A stretch of DNA of 64,000 nucleotides from assembly GCA_913031205.1 (NCBI GenBank), contig CAJWEM010000003.1:3474-67473 (forward strand), read 5' to 3'. This document shows positions 62,266-64,000 of the stretch, piece after piece. The stretch's first letter is position 1; every line of letters begins with the position of its first letter. Below the pieces are notes generated by a model that worked only from the letters and a program-made list of their open reading frames with translations, searched no databases and was not told the origin of the DNA. Source of the DNA: an uncultured Gammaproteobacteria bacterium (GTDB lineage Bacteria > Pseudomonadota > Gammaproteobacteria > Poriferisulfidales > GCA-002705445). The position numbers were made by a program, and so were the translations under genes.

Positions 62266-63150
62266 TTACACTAAAATTTTTTTCGGTAGAAGCTCAAGTT
62301 GGTCATTTATAATACCGATCCCAATGAATTGCTTACTTTGATCATATATTTTCACATTTGAACAGGGTTTATCATCTATTTTCACCTTATTGCCGTTCAA
62401 TATATGAGCTTTTTCTTGAGAAGAAGCAATGTATGAATAAGTATTGTTTAATAATTTATCAACATTAATAATATGATTTTTTATGTCTTGAGTATTTTGA
62501 AGAGCAAGAAAATTATCTAATGTTACAGAATCAGAAATATTTATATCTTTTATTTGCGTTCTTACTAATTTTTTTAAGAAAGCCCCACATCCTATTTCCT
62601 CTCCAATTTGTTCAACCAATGCTCTTATATACGTTCCTTTCGAACAACATACATTTATTCCTAAATGTTTTGAATCAATTTGCTTAATTTCAATTTTAAA
62701 AATTTCAATCGTTCTTGGTTTTCTGTTTATCAAAATTCCTTCTCGCGCATATTTGTATAATCTTTTTCCATTATGTTTTATAGCAGAAAACATTGGGGGA
62801 ACTTGAGAAATTTTCCCAGTATATTTTTCTTCAATCATTTTCAGGTCTGTTTTACTTAATTTTGGAATAGAGTTTCCATTTGATATTAATCCATCGCCAT
62901 CTCCAGTAGATGAAATCTTGCCAAGCCTAGCCACTGCATCATACTCTTTATCCGCGTCCGAAAAGTATGAACATAATTTTGTTGCTTTATTTAGAAATAT
63001 AATAAGAAGACCGCTCGCCATAGGATCTAGTATTCCTGAAAAGCCAGCTTTTTTTTGCTTTAGTTTTTTTTTAATCTGTCTTAAAGTTTCGTTAGATGAT
63101 ATTCCAGATGGTTTATTTATTAATATGCAGCTTTGATTGAAATTATACAT
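62266..63150 (-). CDS. truB: tRNA pseudouridine-55 synthase
   Basis: 294 aa. KAGFSGILDPMASGLL catalytic Asp motif and a PUA-like C-terminus. Confidence 0.9.
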   Translation of the reverse strand: MYNFNQSCILINKPSGISSNETLRQIKKKLKQKKAGFSGILDPMASGLLIIFLNKATKLCSYFSDADKEYDAVARLGKISSTGDGDGLISNGNSIPKLSKTDLKMIEEKYTGKISQVPPMFSAIKHNGKRLYKYAREGILINRKPRTIEIFKIEIKQIDSKHLGINVCCSKGTYIRALVEQIGEEIGCGAFLKKLVRTQIKDINISDSVTLDNFLALQNTQDIKNHIINVDKLLNNTYSYIASSQEKAHILNGNKVKIDDKPCSNVKIYDQSKQFIGIGIINDQLELLPKKILV

Positions 63151-63154
63151 TGTT

Positions 63155-63523
63155 TTAGTTTAGACTTTTATTAATTAGTTTCTCAAGTTCAAACGCCTTC
63201 TCTTCTGTGTCATCATAGATAAATCTCAAGTTTGGCACTGATCTTAAATTAGAATTTTTTGACATAACTTTTTTAAAAAATAATTTTGAAGAGTTTATAG
63301 TTTTTATAATTAATTTTATCTCTTCCTGTCTTCTTTTTTTGTTATTGAAAACTATAAAAAAAACTTTTGCATTTTTAAGATCTTTTGATACTTCGACCTC
63401 TGTTACTATTACATCCTTGATCCTTTGGTCGTTAATATCATTTTGAATAATTTGAGCAATTTCTTTCTTTATTACAGAAGCAATTCTATGGACTCTTTGA
63501 TTATCAGAATCATATTTCATCAA
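63155..63523 (-). CDS. rbfA: ribosome-binding factor A
   Basis: 122 aa. [15 protein letters not shown]...I.D motif. Position between infB and truB. Confidence 0.85.
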   Translation of the reverse strand: MMKYDSDNQRVHRIASVIKKEIAQIIQNDINDQRIKDVIVTEVEVSKDLKNAKVFFIVFNNKKRRQEEIKLIIKTINSSKLFFKKVMSKNSNLRSVPNLRFIYDDTEEKAFELEKLINKSLN

Positions 63524-64000
63524 TCTATTTTTCTCGCTACTTCAATTCTCTGAAAAACCTCGATGTTATCACCTGGCTTAACATCATTGTAGTTTTTAAC
63601 TGCAATACCGCACTCTGTACCAAGTCGTACTTCTTTTACGTCGTCCTTATGTCTCCTAAGAGACTCAAGTTCCCCTTCAAATATAACCACATTTTCTCTT
63701 AAAACTCTTATTGGATTACCCTTTCTCACAACCCCTTCTATAACTTGACAACCTGCAACAGCACCCATCGCTGAGGATTTAAAAACATCTTTAACCTCTG
63801 CCAAGCCAACAATCTCCTCTCTGGTCTCAGGTGTTAATAATCCACTCATTCCGGCTTTCACATCATTAATAAGATCATAAATAATACTGTAGTATCTTAA
63901 ATCAATATTCTTCTCTGATACGGTTTTCTTTGCTTGGCTATCAGCTCGAACATTGAAACCAAGTATTATTGCATTTGATGCCTCAGCCAATGCAATATCA
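63520..64000 (-). CDS. infB: translation initiation factor IF-2, C-terminal part (N-terminus beyond window edge)
   Basis: ILGFNVRAD...[22 protein letters not shown]...[21 protein letters not shown]...[47 protein letters not shown] matches the E. coli IF2 C2 domain. Confidence 0.9.
   Translation of the reverse strand, partial: DIALAEASNAIILGFNVRADSQAKKTVSEKNIDLRYYSIIYDLINDVKAGMSGLLTPETREEIVGLAEVKDVFKSSAMGAVAGCQVIEGVVRKGNPIRVLRENVVIFEGELESLRRHKDDVKEVRLGTECGIAVKNYNDVKPGDNIEVFQRIEVARKID

Overview
AT-rich, very gene-dense chromosomal segment. Spot counts of single 60-nt lines range from about 15% to about 53% GC. Gene order is classic gammaproteobacterial core synteny: msbA-lpxK-ycaR-kdsB, ccmABCDEFGH, dnaX-ybaB-recR, guaBA/xseA, and infB-rbfA-truB-rpsO-pnp. 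The source is probably a streamlined marine Gammaproteobacterium, but this is inference only. I support about 70 CDS and two tRNA-Ser genes. Three are absent from the supplied ORF track: glyA at the left edge, a 50-codon ccmD, and a 50-codon membrane ORF behind a tRNA. I saw no transposase, integrase, prophage, CRISPR array or recognisable defence system, so most of the window is housekeeping. Items worth a second look: (1) a periplasmic SBP56/methanethiol-oxidase (MtoX-type) copper-enzyme cluster with a MauG/CCP-like di-haem protein, two SCO1/SenC proteins and a TlpA thioredoxin; (2) an orphan Fae-like gene with a GC-rich 5' end; (3) a GC-elevated redox islet (Fer4_19 ferredoxin, GST, 2Fe-2S/FNR reductase, small membrane protein); (4) a LIV-type ABC operon with no binding-protein gene, headed by an acyl-CoA-ligase-like protein whose AMP-binding P-loop motif is degenerate; (5) an A11 run in dnaX at the expected gamma/tau junction, with stops close by in both alternative frames; (6) nadB, whose FAD-binding motif lies upstream of any canonical start codon; (7) an N-terminally truncated MltF next to the only long non-coding gap in the window. 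All functional calls rest on my reading of the translated ORFs and motifs. No database search was run.
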